DNA of 64,000 bases from Candidatus Omnitrophota bacterium (GTDB lineage: Bacteria; Omnitrophota; Omnitrophia; Omnitrophales; Aquincolibacteriaceae). The notes beneath the pieces are model-generated. The model was given only the letters and a program-made list of their open reading frames with translations. It was not told the DNA's origin and did no database searches. A program made the position numbers and the translations under genes. The stretch lies in assembly GCA_903884815.1 (NCBI GenBank), contig CAISGE010000027.1:18780-82779 (forward strand), read 5' to 3'. The first letter of the stretch is position 1; each line of letters begins with the position of its first letter. Of the stretch, positions 17,717 through 27,861 are shown piece by piece.

Positions 17717-20127
17717 ATCCAGCATTAAGATTAAGGCTCTCCGCCAAATACGCCCTCACGCTTCTGGCTTTTGCTTTATTTATTTCCAGCGGCATGTCCG
17801 TCGCGCACTCCGCGGAAAATCCAAAGGCAGACAACTCGTCCGCAGAAGCCTCCCAAAATCCTCCATCGCGAGTACCGACCAAGAACATTTACAACCCCCA
17901 GGATGCCAAGATCGAAGCGGTTGCGGACAGTCTGGAATATCAGAAGGACACCGGAAAACTTATCGCTAGAGGAAATGCCATTATCACCTACCAAGGCACC
18001 AAGATCCTCGCCGATTACGCGGAAGTGGAAACCGACGCCAAGAAAGCATACGCCAAGGGACACGTGATGATCTTCAAAAACGATGCGCCCAAACTGCAGG
18101 GCGAGGAGATCTATTATGATTTCGGAAATCATACCGGAAGTTTCCCCAACGCCCGAGCGATCAGTTTCCCGTTTTATGCGAAAGGAAAGGAGATCCGCCA
18201 GATCCGCGAAGGAGTGAGCAAAATCGAGGACGGCGTCGTGACTTCCTGCAACCTTGAAAAGCCCCACTATGAGATCCGTTGCAAAAAGGCAACCCTCTAT
18301 GCGAACGAAAAGCTCCTCATGCGTAGCGTAACGATCTACGTACTCGGCGTGCCCGTCTTCTGGCTTCCGTGGATGGATATCCCTCTGAATCTTCCGAAAA
18401 TTCCGCTCCAAATCAAAACGGGACATAGCACGCAGTACGGGTACTACGCTGAGCTTTCAAAAGTCATCGCGCTCAACAAACAACTCTGGGGGAAGGCTCA
18501 CATCGACTATCGGTCCAAGCGAGGATTCGGTGGGGGATGGGACCAGTACTACGACTTCGGGAAATACGCCAAGGGCAGCATTGTCCTTTATCTGACCCAG
18601 GATAAGAAAGCGCCCACACCGGGTTATATAAACCCATCCTCGGGACAATTAGATCCTTATTCCGTTCGTCAAGACAGAGAGCGAGGCCGTATCACCTGGC
18701 GCCACCGTACGGATATTGATGACAACACGAATATCCTCCTGCGCTATCACCGCGTTGCCGACCAATACCTCCTTCAGGATTTCTTTGAAGATGAGTACTC
18801 CCGGGAAATGCAGCCTCAATCCTTTGTGACTGCCAATCATAATACCGAACACTACGGGGCCATGATCCATCTCGAGAAAAAAATGAACAGTTATGAATCC
18901 ATGGTTGAGCGCTTGCCGGAAATTCGGCTTGATCTGAAGAACCAGCCTTTATACAAGGAACTCATCTTCAACGAAAGCCGAGTTCAGTTCGACAATCTCA
19001 ATATCACTTACCCCCACAGCACCACACACCAGGGCGCAATGCGCACGGATTTCTCTAATCGTTGGTACATGCCTCTTCGCTGGAAGGACATCAACCTGAC
19101 TCCTTTTGCGGGCTATCGCGCCACAGGATACAGCAGCCTGCTCAATTCGGACGCCTCAAAGCTCCGAAACGTACTCGAGTACGGCACCGATCTTCGAACG
19201 CATTTCTACAAGACCTTTGATGTCTCGTTCGACAAAATGGGCATCGAAGTCAACGAACTTCGGCACGTCGCTGTCCCGAGCGTTGCTTTTAAGGGCACAA
19301 GCAGCACGATCAAGAACAGTGAGCTCATCCATTTTGACACGACGGATGTTCTTGACGACGCGGCGGAACTACAATTCGGGCTTGAAAACCGGCTCCAGAC
19401 AAAGCGCATCATCAACGGCAAGGCCCAGCGCGTCGACATTGTCAGTCTGAACACTTATTTGCATTTTGAGGCCTCTCCCAAAAACTCCACGAACGGCGAG
19501 AGCACCTTTACCACCATGGGAAATGAGCTCACCCTGCGCCCCTACGAGTGGATGCAATTCCAAACACGGCTTGAGTACGATTTTTCAGGGAACTATCTGA
19601 AATTCTCCACCAATGATTTGCTGATCCGGCATGGCGCTTTTAAATTCGTATTCGGATTTCGTTATACGCACCCCAATTATAACTACTACACGGACGAGTT
19701 TATCCCCAAGAGCCAGGAGGTTGTTTTTGACACCCGCTATCAGCTCAACAAGCTGTGGGAGATCGGCGGCTATGTTCGTTACGATACCTCCACGAGCGGT
19801 GTTCAGGAATTCCAGATCTCCGCCGCCCGCGATCTGCACGACTTCATCCTGGAATTCGGTTATAACCAACGTAACTCCCTGATCAACCAGAACAATAATG
19901 AAGTGTTCGTCAATTTCCGCATGAAGGGGGTACCCGGGATCTCGATTGGCGGAGGCGGCGGACGCGCCAACTTTTCTGAACCACGCATCGGTGAAACCGT
20001 GGCAGGCGCGAACGAAGGCGCTGGCAGGTTCGCAACACCGATGATGGCCGATGATGCACAACTCATTACATCCCCCGATCAGCAGCAGTCTTTCACCAAC
20101 TCACACTCAATGTCTCAGGTCAGCTAA
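17713..20127 (+). CDS. lptD: LPS-assembly outer-membrane protein LptD (OstA/Imp family)
   Basis: Signal peptide, N-terminal OstA domain (ADSLEYQKDTGKLIARGNAIITYQGTKILADYAEV), large C-terminal beta-rich region. ATGA overlap with the upstream GGDEF gene. Confidence 0.8.
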   Translation: MNPALRLRLSAKYALTLLAFALFISSGMSVAHSAENPKADNSSAEASQNPPSRVPTKNIYNPQDAKIEAVADSLEYQKDTGKLIARGNAIITYQGTKILADYAEVETDAKKAYAKGHVMIFKNDAPKLQGEEIYYDFGNHTGSFPNARAISFPFYAKGKEIRQIREGVSKIEDGVVTSCNLEKPHYEIRCKKATLYANEKLLMRSVTIYVLGVPVFWLPWMDIPLNLPKIPLQIKTGHSTQYGYYAELSKVIALNKQLWGKAHIDYRSKRGFGGGWDQYYDFGKYAKGSIVLYLTQDKKAPTPGYINPSSGQLDPYSVRQDRERGRITWRHRTDIDDNTNILLRYHRVADQYLLQDFFEDEYSREMQPQSFVTANHNTEHYGAMIHLEKKMNSYESMVERLPEIRLDLKNQPLYKELIFNESRVQFDNLNITYPHSTTHQGAMRTDFSNRWYMPLRWKDINLTPFAGYRATGYSSLLNSDASKLRNVLEYGTDLRTHFYKTFDVSFDKMGIEVNELRHVAVPSVAFKGTSSTIKNSELIHFDTTDVLDDAAELQFGLENRLQTKRIINGKAQRVDIVSLNTYLHFEASPKNSTNGESTFTTMGNELTLRPYEWMQFQTRLEYDFSGNYLKFSTNDLLIRHGAFKFVFGFRYTHPNYNYYTDEFIPKSQEVVFDTRYQLNKLWEIGGYVRYDTSTSGVQEFQISAARDLHDFILEFGYNQRNSLINQNNNEVFVNFRMKGVPGISIGGGGGRANFSEPRIGETVAGANEGAGRFATPMMADDAQLITSPDQQQSFTNSHSMSQVS

Positions 20128-21426
20128 ATGAAAATTGGGATCATTGGTTCTGGATATGTGGGACTTGTCACAGGAACTTGCCTAGCACATCTGGGGCATA
20201 CCGTCACTTGCGTGGACCAGGATCCCACCAAGATCCGGACGCTGAAGAAAGGCAAAATCCCGTTCTATGAGCCGGGCCTCATGGAAATGGTCCTCGAGTG
20301 CGTTGCAGCCAAACGCCTTTCCTTTACGACAGAAATATCGAAGATCGTCAATCGTTGCGAAGTTCTTTTTATCTGCGTCAATACGCCTCCTATGCCGGAC
20401 GGGGGTGCGGACTTAACCTTCGTGGAAAAGGTGGCCCGTCAGATCGCGACCCATTTACGAGGTTATTGCTTGGTGGTGGAGAAAAGCACCGTCCCTGTCG
20501 AAACAGGGGAATGGGTGCGCCAAACGATCAAACGGAATGTGAGAAAAGGCGTCCAGTTCGACGTCGCCTCGAACCCGGAGTTTCTCCGCGAAGGCTCCGC
20601 GATCCGTGATTTCCTTCAACCGGACCGCATCGTGATCGGTGTTTCAAGTGACCGCGCGGAAAAGCTCTTCCGGAAACTTTACAGTCCCCTCAAAGCGCCC
20701 ATGATCGTCACTGACATTAAAAGCGCCGAACTTATCAAGCATGCCGCCAATTCGTTTCTCGCGACCAAGATCTCTTTCACCAACGCGGTTTCAAGGATCT
20801 GCGACGCGGTCGGTGCAGACATTGAAAAGGTCGCTCTCGGAATGGGCCTTGATCCGCGTATCGGAAAACAATTTCTCAAAGCGGGTGTGGGTTTCGGCGG
20901 ATCCTGTTTTCCCAAAGATGTGAGCGCATTCCTCCATATCTCTGAAAAACTGGGCACACGTTTTGAACTTCTCGCGGACGTTTTGAAGATCAATGACGCT
21001 CAAGCGAAATATTTTGTGGAGGGAATCAAGAACTCCATGAAGACGCTGCGAGGAAAAACGATCGGTGTTCTTGGACTGGCTTTTAAACCTGACACAGATG
21101 ATATGCGCTCGGCACCTTCGATCCCAATCATTCAGATGCTTCAGAAAGAAGGAGCCCGCATCCTGGCTTATGATCCCCAGGCCGCCGCAAAAGCGGCTGA
21201 AACACTTCGCGATGTCAGTTATGTTTCAGCGCCGTATGCCGTCGCTCAAGGAGCGCACGCGATCGTCGTTCTGACGGAGTGGTCTGAATTTCTCAATCTG
21301 GACTGGGCAAGACTCAAAAAGTCCATGAAGGACCGCTTCTTTTTTGATGGCCGTAATATGTTTCAACCTGAGGAAATGAAAACACTCGGGTTCCGCTATT
21401 CGAGCATCGGCCGGCCTTCGGCCTAA
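20128..21426 (+). CDS. ugd: UDP-glucose 6-dehydrogenase (nucleotide-sugar dehydrogenase family)
   Basis: MKIGIIGSGYVGLVTG NAD-binding start. Catalytic GFGGSCFPKD motif. Confidence 0.85.
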   Translation: MKIGIIGSGYVGLVTGTCLAHLGHTVTCVDQDPTKIRTLKKGKIPFYEPGLMEMVLECVAAKRLSFTTEISKIVNRCEVLFICVNTPPMPDGGADLTFVEKVARQIATHLRGYCLVVEKSTVPVETGEWVRQTIKRNVRKGVQFDVASNPEFLREGSAIRDFLQPDRIVIGVSSDRAEKLFRKLYSPLKAPMIVTDIKSAELIKHAANSFLATKISFTNAVSRICDAVGADIEKVALGMGLDPRIGKQFLKAGVGFGGSCFPKDVSAFLHISEKLGTRFELLADVLKINDAQAKYFVEGIKNSMKTLRGKTIGVLGLAFKPDTDDMRSAPSIPIIQMLQKEGARILAYDPQAAAKAAETLRDVSYVSAPYAVAQGAHAIVVLTEWSEFLNLDWARLKKSMKDRFFFDGRNMFQPEEMKTLGFRYSSIGRPSA

Positions 21427-21441
21427 AAAGGAGGAGCTGCC

Positions 21442-22173
21442 ATGAAAGGCGTCATTCTCGCGGGAGGTCTCGGAAGCCGGCTTTTCCCGCTCACCAAAGT
21501 CACCAATAAGCATCTTCTCCCTGTTTATAATAAACCGATGATTTATTATCCGATCGAAACCCTGGTGCGCGCCGGAGTGCGCGACATTCTTATCGTGACC
21601 GGCGGGAATTCCTCCGGGGATTTCCTCAAGCTCCTCGGGAATGGAAAACAGTTCGGCCTGAAACATATCAACTACACCTATCAGGAAGGCGAGGGCGGGA
21701 TAGCACACGCGCTAGGGCTCGCAGAACATTTTGTAGGAAAAGACAAAATGGTGGTGGTGCTTGGCGACAATATCGTTCAGGAAGATATCACGCCCCATGT
21801 CCAGCACTTCGATCAGCAAACGGAAGGCGCCCGGCTTCTTCTCAAGAAAGTCCCCGACCCTGAACGCTTTGGTGTCGCCACTTTCAAGAAAGGCCGTATC
21901 ACCGGGATCATCGAAAAACCCAGGAACCCGAAAAGCCCCTACGCCGTCATCGGCGTTTACATGTATGATGCGACAGTGTTCAGTTTTATCAAGACCCTCA
22001 AACCCTCCCGCAGGGGAGAACTTGAGATCACGGACGTGAACAACTGGTACCTCAAGCGCGGCGTTCTGGAATATGACCTCCTCAAAGGTTTCTGGACGGA
22101 TGCCGGCCAATTCGAATCTCTTCATCGCGCCAACACTCTCGTCGCTCGCCAGGCAGGTTATAAGTCTGTATGA
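21442..22173 (+). CDS. sugar-phosphate nucleotidyltransferase, short-form RmlA-like (glucose-1-phosphate thymidylyltransferase-like)
   Basis: MKGVILAGGLGSRLFPLT...NKPMIYYPIE signature. About 243 aa. AGGAGG RBS. Confidence 0.75.
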   Translation: MKGVILAGGLGSRLFPLTKVTNKHLLPVYNKPMIYYPIETLVRAGVRDILIVTGGNSSGDFLKLLGNGKQFGLKHINYTYQEGEGGIAHALGLAEHFVGKDKMVVVLGDNIVQEDITPHVQHFDQQTEGARLLLKKVPDPERFGVATFKKGRITGIIEKPRNPKSPYAVIGVYMYDATVFSFIKTLKPSRRGELEITDVNNWYLKRGVLEYDLLKGFWTDAGQFESLHRANTLVARQAGYKSV

Positions 22174-23150
22174 AGCGCCTGCTCGTCACCGGAGGCTGCG
22201 GTTTCATCGGTTCTAATTTCATCCGCTTTTTTCTCAAGAGCCGACCGGGATGGAGCGTGATCAATCTCGACAAGCTCAGCTATTCCGGCAATCCCGCGAA
22301 CCTTCGCGATCTTAGGGGCTCTTCCCGTTACAAATTCGTCAAAGGTGACATTCTCGACAAAAAACTTGTCCTTAAGTTGATGAAACATGCTTCGGGCGTT
22401 GTGCATTTCGCCGCGGAGACCCACGTCGACCGGTCCATCGAAAGCGCGGATGATTTCCTTAAAACCAATATCCTAGGGACTGCTTCTCTTCTTGAGGCCT
22501 CGCTCGCATGCGGAACCAAGAGATTCGTCCACATGGCCACCGACGAGGTTTACGGTTCGATCCCACGGGGGTATGCCGATGAGCGGGCACCGCTTCTCCC
22601 GAACAGCCCTTATTCCGCTTCGAAAGCAGGTGCGGACCTCCTGGTACGATCATTCCAGGAAACCTACAAGCATCCCGCCATGATCGTGCGTTGTACGAAT
22701 AATTACGGACCGTATCAATTCCCCGAAAAGGTTATCCCGCTCTTCGTGACCAATTTGATCGAAGGAAAGACCGTCCCGCTTTACGGGAATGGCAAGAACC
22801 GTCGCGACTGGATCTATGTCGAAGACGCTTGCCGGGCGATCCTGCTTGTCCTTGAGAAAGGTCGCGCTGGGGAGACTTACAATATCGGCGCGCATAACGA
22901 GATGAATAACATCGATCTGACTTTCGCGATCCTCCGTCATTTTGGAAAGGGTAAGGAGATGATCCGCTGCGTCAAAGATCGCCTCGGTCATGATCTGCGT
23001 TATGCCGTGAATTTCAATAAATTGAAGAAACTTGGCTTCAAGCCTCGATGGACGTTTGCGAAAGGGCTGGCCGTGACCGCGAAATGGTATCGCGAAAATC
23101 CGCAGTGGTGGCAACCCCTGAAACAAGATAAGTATACGGTCAAATCATGA
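22170..23150 (+). CDS. rfbB: dTDP-glucose 4,6-dehydratase
   Basis: MKRLLVTGGCGFIGSNF, catalytic YSASK and TDEVYG motifs. Overlaps the upstream gene (ATGA). Confidence 0.9.
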   Translation: MKRLLVTGGCGFIGSNFIRFFLKSRPGWSVINLDKLSYSGNPANLRDLRGSSRYKFVKGDILDKKLVLKLMKHASGVVHFAAETHVDRSIESADDFLKTNILGTASLLEASLACGTKRFVHMATDEVYGSIPRGYADERAPLLPNSPYSASKAGADLLVRSFQETYKHPAMIVRCTNNYGPYQFPEKVIPLFVTNLIEGKTVPLYGNGKNRRDWIYVEDACRAILLVLEKGRAGETYNIGAHNEMNNIDLTFAILRHFGKGKEMIRCVKDRLGHDLRYAVNFNKLKKLGFKPRWTFAKGLAVTAKWYRENPQWWQPLKQDKYTVKS

Positions 23151-24124
23151 CCGTTCAGGCTCCGATGAAGATCCTAATCACGGGTGCGGGAGGCATGCTC
23201 GGGACCGATCTGACAAATGTCCTAAAAGAAGATTATGAGATCCTGGGGCTGGAACGCCGTCCTGTCACGCATTTAACCGTCCCCTACGATATTTGCGACC
23301 TCACGCAAGCCCGTAAGACGCGGGACGCCATTCTGAGCCAAAGACCGGATCTCATCTTTCACACGGCAGCGATGACGGACGTAGACTATTGTGAAGGCCA
23401 TCAGGACGAAGCCCTGGAGAGCAATGTCGCAGCCACGGGAAATGTCGTGACGGCCGCAAATGAAATCGATGCGCCGGTCATCTTTTACAGCACCGATTAT
23501 GTTTTTGACGGAATGAAGTCTGGCGAGTATGACGAATCGGATACACCGAACCCTCTCAGCTTCTATGGAAAAACAAAACGCATGGGTGAAGAGGCACTTC
23601 TGAACGGTGCCCGACGGGCCGTCATTTTCCGCATCACCTGGCTCTTTGGGATCTGGGGTCGTAGCTTTCCGAAGGCTATTCTGCGCCAAGCTGCGGAGAT
23701 GAAGAAAATGAATGTCGTCAACGACCAGGTCGGCCGCCCCACATGGTCGTGGGATGTTGCCATCGCCATGCGGCACCTTTTGAAGAACAAGATAGAAACC
23801 ATCCTGCGCCCGGGAACAGAGATCTATAATCTTGGGAATTCCGGCACTGTCCACTGGGCAGACTACGCCCGTTTTATTTTAAAAAACTCCGGACTGGGCG
23901 ACGTCAAGGTCAAAGACATCCCAAGCTCACATCTTGAGCGCCCGGCACCGCGCCCGGCGAATTCGGTTCTGGCTCTCGGCAAGGCCGAAAAGGTCCTCGG
24001 TCTAAAACTGCGATCTTGGGAGGAAGCGACGCTGGAATTCCTGCCAAAACTTAAGGATGAAATGGCCGCCCTGGAAGCCAAAGAAAAGGCTAAGGCCGCT
24101 GAAAAGGAAAATCTGCCGTCATGA
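23147..24124 (+). CDS. rfbD: dTDP-4-dehydrorhamnose reductase (RmlD) with a Lys/Ala-rich C-terminal tail
   Basis: MKILITGAGGMLG. RmlD-like fold and length. The terminal tail is KEKAKAAEKENLPS. Confidence 0.8.
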   Translation: MTVQAPMKILITGAGGMLGTDLTNVLKEDYEILGLERRPVTHLTVPYDICDLTQARKTRDAILSQRPDLIFHTAAMTDVDYCEGHQDEALESNVAATGNVVTAANEIDAPVIFYSTDYVFDGMKSGEYDESDTPNPLSFYGKTKRMGEEALLNGARRAVIFRITWLFGIWGRSFPKAILRQAAEMKKMNVVNDQVGRPTWSWDVAIAMRHLLKNKIETILRPGTEIYNLGNSGTVHWADYARFILKNSGLGDVKVKDIPSSHLERPAPRPANSVLALGKAEKVLGLKLRSWEEATLEFLPKLKDEMAALEAKEKAKAAEKENLPS

Positions 24125-24202
24125 TTCTCTATTTTGAAGATAAACGGGTAATTATGACGGTCCCAATCACCCTCATTTTAAATAAAATCGAGATTGGGAC
24201 CG

Positions 24203-25153
24203 ATGCCTACTAAAAAGACATGCATTGTCACGGGAGGCGGGGGATTTCTGGGATCGCATCTTTGCGACCGTTTTTTGGCCAGAAAATGGCACGTTATCGC
24301 GATCGATAATTTCCTCACGGGGAACGAAAAAAATATCGCTCATCTCAAAACAAATAAGTCCTTTCACTTGATCCGACATGATGTCAGCAAAACGATCCAT
24401 ATCCCGGGCCGAGTGGATTATGTGCTTCACTTCGCCTCGCCGGCAAGCCCGCTGGATTATCTGGAATTTCCCATTCAGACACTCAAAGTCGGTGCGCTCG
24501 GAACGCACAATGCCCTGGGTCTTGCCAAAGACAAGAAAGCCGTTTTCCTTTTAGCCTCGACTTCCGAAGTCTACGGCGATCCGCTTGTCCATCCCCAAAC
24601 CGAAGAATACTGGGGGAATGTCAATCCCGTCGGACCCCGGGGTGTTTATGATGAGGCGAAACGTTTCGCGGAAGCCATCACCATGGCCTATCACCGAACG
24701 CATAAGTTAGACGCCAAGATCATCCGAATTTTCAACACCTATGGGCCGAGAATGCGCCTTCGCGACGGCCGGGCGATTCCGGCTTTTCTGTCCCAGGCTT
24801 TGACCGGAAAACCTCTGACGGTATTCGGCGACGGTCGCCAGACGCGAAGCCTTTGTTATGTCACCGATCTCGTTCGCGGCATCGAAAAACTTCTCCTTTC
24901 CGGTCTCAATGAACCCATCAATATTGGAAATCCCAATGAGATCTCCATGACAGACCTTGCAAAAAGGATCCTTCGAATTACCGGCAGCTCGAGCGGCATC
25001 GTCCACCGGAAACTCCCTGTCGACGATCCGAAGGTGCGCCAGCCCGATATTCGCAAAGCCAAAAAATATTTATCTTGGACTCCGGAGGTTCCGTTGGACG
25101 AAGGTTTGAAATACACGATTGAATATTTCAAACACGCCTTACGGAAGAAATAG
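24203..25153 (+). CDS. UDP-glucuronate decarboxylase-like SDR (UDP-xylose synthase / ArnA C-terminal-domain-like); an alternative TTG start lies at 24194
   Basis: [19 protein letters not shown]...[10 protein letters not shown], catalytic YDEAKR. About 315 aa, typical of UXS. Confidence 0.75.
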   Translation: MPTKKTCIVTGGGGFLGSHLCDRFLARKWHVIAIDNFLTGNEKNIAHLKTNKSFHLIRHDVSKTIHIPGRVDYVLHFASPASPLDYLEFPIQTLKVGALGTHNALGLAKDKKAVFLLASTSEVYGDPLVHPQTEEYWGNVNPVGPRGVYDEAKRFAEAITMAYHRTHKLDAKIIRIFNTYGPRMRLRDGRAIPAFLSQALTGKPLTVFGDGRQTRSLCYVTDLVRGIEKLLLSGLNEPINIGNPNEISMTDLAKRILRITGSSSGIVHRKLPVDDPKVRQPDIRKAKKYLSWTPEVPLDEGLKYTIEYFKHALRKK

Positions 25154-25872
25154 TGCCCCCCTTTCTTTCGGTGGTAATTCCCGCCTATAACGAAGAGAAG
25201 CGCCTTCAGTATTCCCTCGCCTCGGTGCTTGATTTTCTAAAACAACAATCGTACTTGTGGGAGATCCTTGTTTCGGATGACGGAAGTAGCGACGGGACAG
25301 CGGCTCTTGCCCGGGAGACGCTCAAAGGCCTGCCGCACCAAGTTTTGGTCTCACCCCTCAACCGGGGCAAAGGACACGCGGTCCGGCAGGGGGTACTGGC
25401 CGCTCATGGACATTACATACTTCACTCTGACGCTGATTTTTCGACCCCCATCGAAGAAGTCACCCGCTTCCTGGGCTATCTCGAGAAAGATTTTGATATC
25501 GTGATCGGTTCCCGAGCGCTTCCGGATTCCAAAGTAGAAGTCCGCCAAAATTTCATTAGGGAGACCATGGGGCGCACATTCAACCGTCTTGCGCGCCTTT
25601 TCTCCTTTAAGGGTATCCATGATTCGCAGTGCGGCTTTAAATGTTTTCGGGGGGAGGTGGCAAAAAATCTTTTCAGCCACTCGAGGCTGAATGGCTTCAG
25701 TTTTGATCCCGAGATCATCTTCCTCGCTCAAAAGAGAGGCTATCGCATCCGGGAAGAACCCGTGATCTGGCGGAATTCTCCACAAAGTCGCGTTCGGCTG
25801 ATCGCGGACCCGATTCATATGTTCTGGGATCTCCTCAAAATCCGTGGGATGCATCGCCACACAAAGCTCTAG
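25153..25872 (+). CDS. GT2 polyprenyl-phosphate/dolichyl-phosphate sugar synthase-like (Dpm1/ArnC-like, soluble form). GTG start overlapping the upstream stop.
   Basis: LSVVIPAYNEE...VSDDGSSDGT...DAD motifs. Confidence 0.8.
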   Translation: MPPFLSVVIPAYNEEKRLQYSLASVLDFLKQQSYLWEILVSDDGSSDGTAALARETLKGLPHQVLVSPLNRGKGHAVRQGVLAAHGHYILHSDADFSTPIEEVTRFLGYLEKDFDIVIGSRALPDSKVEVRQNFIRETMGRTFNRLARLFSFKGIHDSQCGFKCFRGEVAKNLFSHSRLNGFSFDPEIIFLAQKRGYRIREEPVIWRNSPQSRVRLIADPIHMFWDLLKIRGMHRHTKL

Positions 25873-25983
25873 ACACCTTTCACAAGCTGCAGACAGACCT
25901 TTTCCCAAAAAAAGTCACAACCTTTCGAATCATTTGAAGCATTGTTTCCTGTAAAATCATTTAATTTCATTCATTCGTATCTG

Positions 25984-26011
25984 TTGATTTAGTTCCCGCT
26001 TTACGTACAAT
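25984..26011 (+). promoter_or_regulatory. putative sigma-70 promoter TTGATT-16-TACAAT upstream of korA
   Basis: AT-rich 187-bp intergenic region. Hexamers seen directly. Confidence 0.4.
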
Positions 26012-26059
26012 AGCCCCTATATTTCTTTTAACATCTTTTTTGCAAAAGAGCTCGATCGT

Positions 26060-27133
26060 ATGGAACATGAAAAAATGCTGGTGATGGGCAATGTGGCAAT
26101 GTCGGAGGCTGCCATAAGAGCAGGTTGCCGTTTTTACGCGGGCTATCCCATCACGCCACAAAATGAAGTCAGCGAGTATCTTGCCTCAAAGCTTCCGGCC
26201 GCTGGAGGAGTTTTCGTCCAGGCAGAGTCTGAGCTTGCCGCAATCAATATGGTCTACGGTGCCGCTTCAACAGGCGAAAGAGCCATGACCTCTTCCTCAA
26301 GCCCCGGCATCAGTCTTATGCAGGAAGCCATTTCCTTTATTGCCGCCGCACAGATCCCTTGTTTTATCGCAAATATCATGCGCGGTGGACCAGGACTCGG
26401 AAATATCCAAGGCTCTCAGGCGGATTATTTTCAGGCCACACGGGGCGGGGGACATGGGGATTATCGCCTCATTGTGCTGGCGCCGTGGTCGGTCCAGGAA
26501 ATGTATGACCTCACGACGCTCGCCTTTGAACTTGGCGACAAGTACCAGAATCCCGTCATGCTTCTGGCCGATGGCATCCTCGGACAAATGGCGGAAGCGA
26601 TCGAGTTCCGGGAACCCGTCGCGAAGAAAAAGGTTCCAAAGCCATGGGCGCTGACAGGCTGCGAAGGACGCAAGCCCAATGTCATACGGACGCTCTACCT
26701 CCAGCAAAAAGACGCTTTGGAAGAAAAAAACGCGGAACTCCAGGCAAAGTACGACAAGATCACCGCAGAACTCCAGCTTTCCGAAACCCGGTTCGCGGAA
26801 GATGCCGATATCGCCGTCGTGGCATACGGAACACCGGCACGCATCGCGCATTGGGCCATCAAAAAAGCACGCGAGCAGGGCGTGAAAGTCTGTCTTTTCC
26901 GCCCTATCACCCTGTGGCCTTTTCCGGTACTCGAACTCCGGAAAGTGGCCCGTCACTGCCGGAAAATTCTTGTGGTGGAAATGAGTCAGGGACAAATGAT
27001 CGAGGATGTGCGCCTCGCGAGAATTCCCGCAACCGTCGTGGACCCCAAAATAGAATTTATGGGACGAGGCGGGGGATGGTACCCGAAGCCGAAAGAATTG
27101 CTGGCCAAGATCCTGGAGGTTGCAAAGCCATGA
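26060..27133 (+). CDS. korA: 2-oxoacid:ferredoxin oxidoreductase subunit alpha
   Basis: GNVAMSEAAIRAGCRFYAGYPITPQNE...AESELAAINMVYGAASTGERAMTSSSSPG, matching the KorA/PorA family. Confidence 0.85.
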   Translation: MEHEKMLVMGNVAMSEAAIRAGCRFYAGYPITPQNEVSEYLASKLPAAGGVFVQAESELAAINMVYGAASTGERAMTSSSSPGISLMQEAISFIAAAQIPCFIANIMRGGPGLGNIQGSQADYFQATRGGGHGDYRLIVLAPWSVQEMYDLTTLAFELGDKYQNPVMLLADGILGQMAEAIEFREPVAKKKVPKPWALTGCEGRKPNVIRTLYLQQKDALEEKNAELQAKYDKITAELQLSETRFAEDADIAVVAYGTPARIAHWAIKKAREQGVKVCLFRPITLWPFPVLELRKVARHCRKILVVEMSQGQMIEDVRLARIPATVVDPKIEFMGRGGGWYPKPKELLAKILEVAKP

Positions 27134-27861
27134 ACGCCGAGAACCGCACGATCCGGAGCGGCCGCATGCACTATTGCCCCGTTTGCGGGCATACGATCGC
27201 TCAGCGTCTCATCGGGGATGTCATGGACGAGCTCGGTATCCGGGAAAGAACGATAGGGACCGCGCCGGTGGGTTGCGCCGTGCTTCTCTATGATTATTTC
27301 AACTGCGATATTATTGAGTGCCCGCACGGCAGGATTCCCGCCGTCGCCACGGGGATCAAAAGGATGCGGCCCGACAATATCGTGTTTGCTTACGGCGGAG
27401 ACGGCGACCTTCTTTCGATCGGACTCGCGGAAACCATTCACTGCGCGAACCGCGGCGAAAATATCACAATGATCTTCATCAATAATGCCGTCTACGGAAT
27501 GACCGGGGGGCAAATGGCGCCCACGACGCTCATCGGTCAAAAGACCATCACGACGCCGGAAGGCCGGATGTCCACAGAAACCGGATCGCCCCTAAGGATC
27601 TGTGAAATGTTCGCAACGCTCTCGAGTCCTGTTTTCATCGAACGCGTTGCGGTACACGACGCCCCGCACATGCAGCGTGCGAAGCAGGCGATCAGGAAGG
27701 CTTTTGTGAATCAGATCGAAGGAAAGGGTTTCTCTTTCGTCGAGGTGCTTTCAATGTGCCCGACCCATTGGCGCATGGGCGGCAAGGAATCCTGCCAATT
27801 CGTCGGCAATGAAATGGCCGGCTATTTTCCGATCAAAAAATTCAGGGATGTGGACGGATGA
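27130..27861 (+). CDS. korB: 2-oxoacid:ferredoxin oxidoreductase subunit beta (TPP-binding)
   Basis: CPVCGH...GGDGD...NNAVYGMTGGQ TPP motif. ATGA overlap with korA. The ORF-track start at 26644 is an out-of-gene extension. Confidence 0.85.
   Translation: MNAENRTIRSGRMHYCPVCGHTIAQRLIGDVMDELGIRERTIGTAPVGCAVLLYDYFNCDIIECPHGRIPAVATGIKRMRPDNIVFAYGGDGDLLSIGLAETIHCANRGENITMIFINNAVYGMTGGQMAPTTLIGQKTITTPEGRMSTETGSPLRICEMFATLSSPVFIERVAVHDAPHMQRAKQAIRKAFVNQIEGKGFSFVEVLSMCPTHWRMGGKESCQFVGNEMAGYFPIKKFRDVDG

Noticed and set aside
26644-27129. An N-terminal extension of the korB ORF (405 aa in the ORF track)
   Set aside because: The extension overlaps korA in another frame and is Arg/Gly-rich nonsense. 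The conserved beta-subunit sequence begins at the ATG at 27130, overlapping the korA stop.
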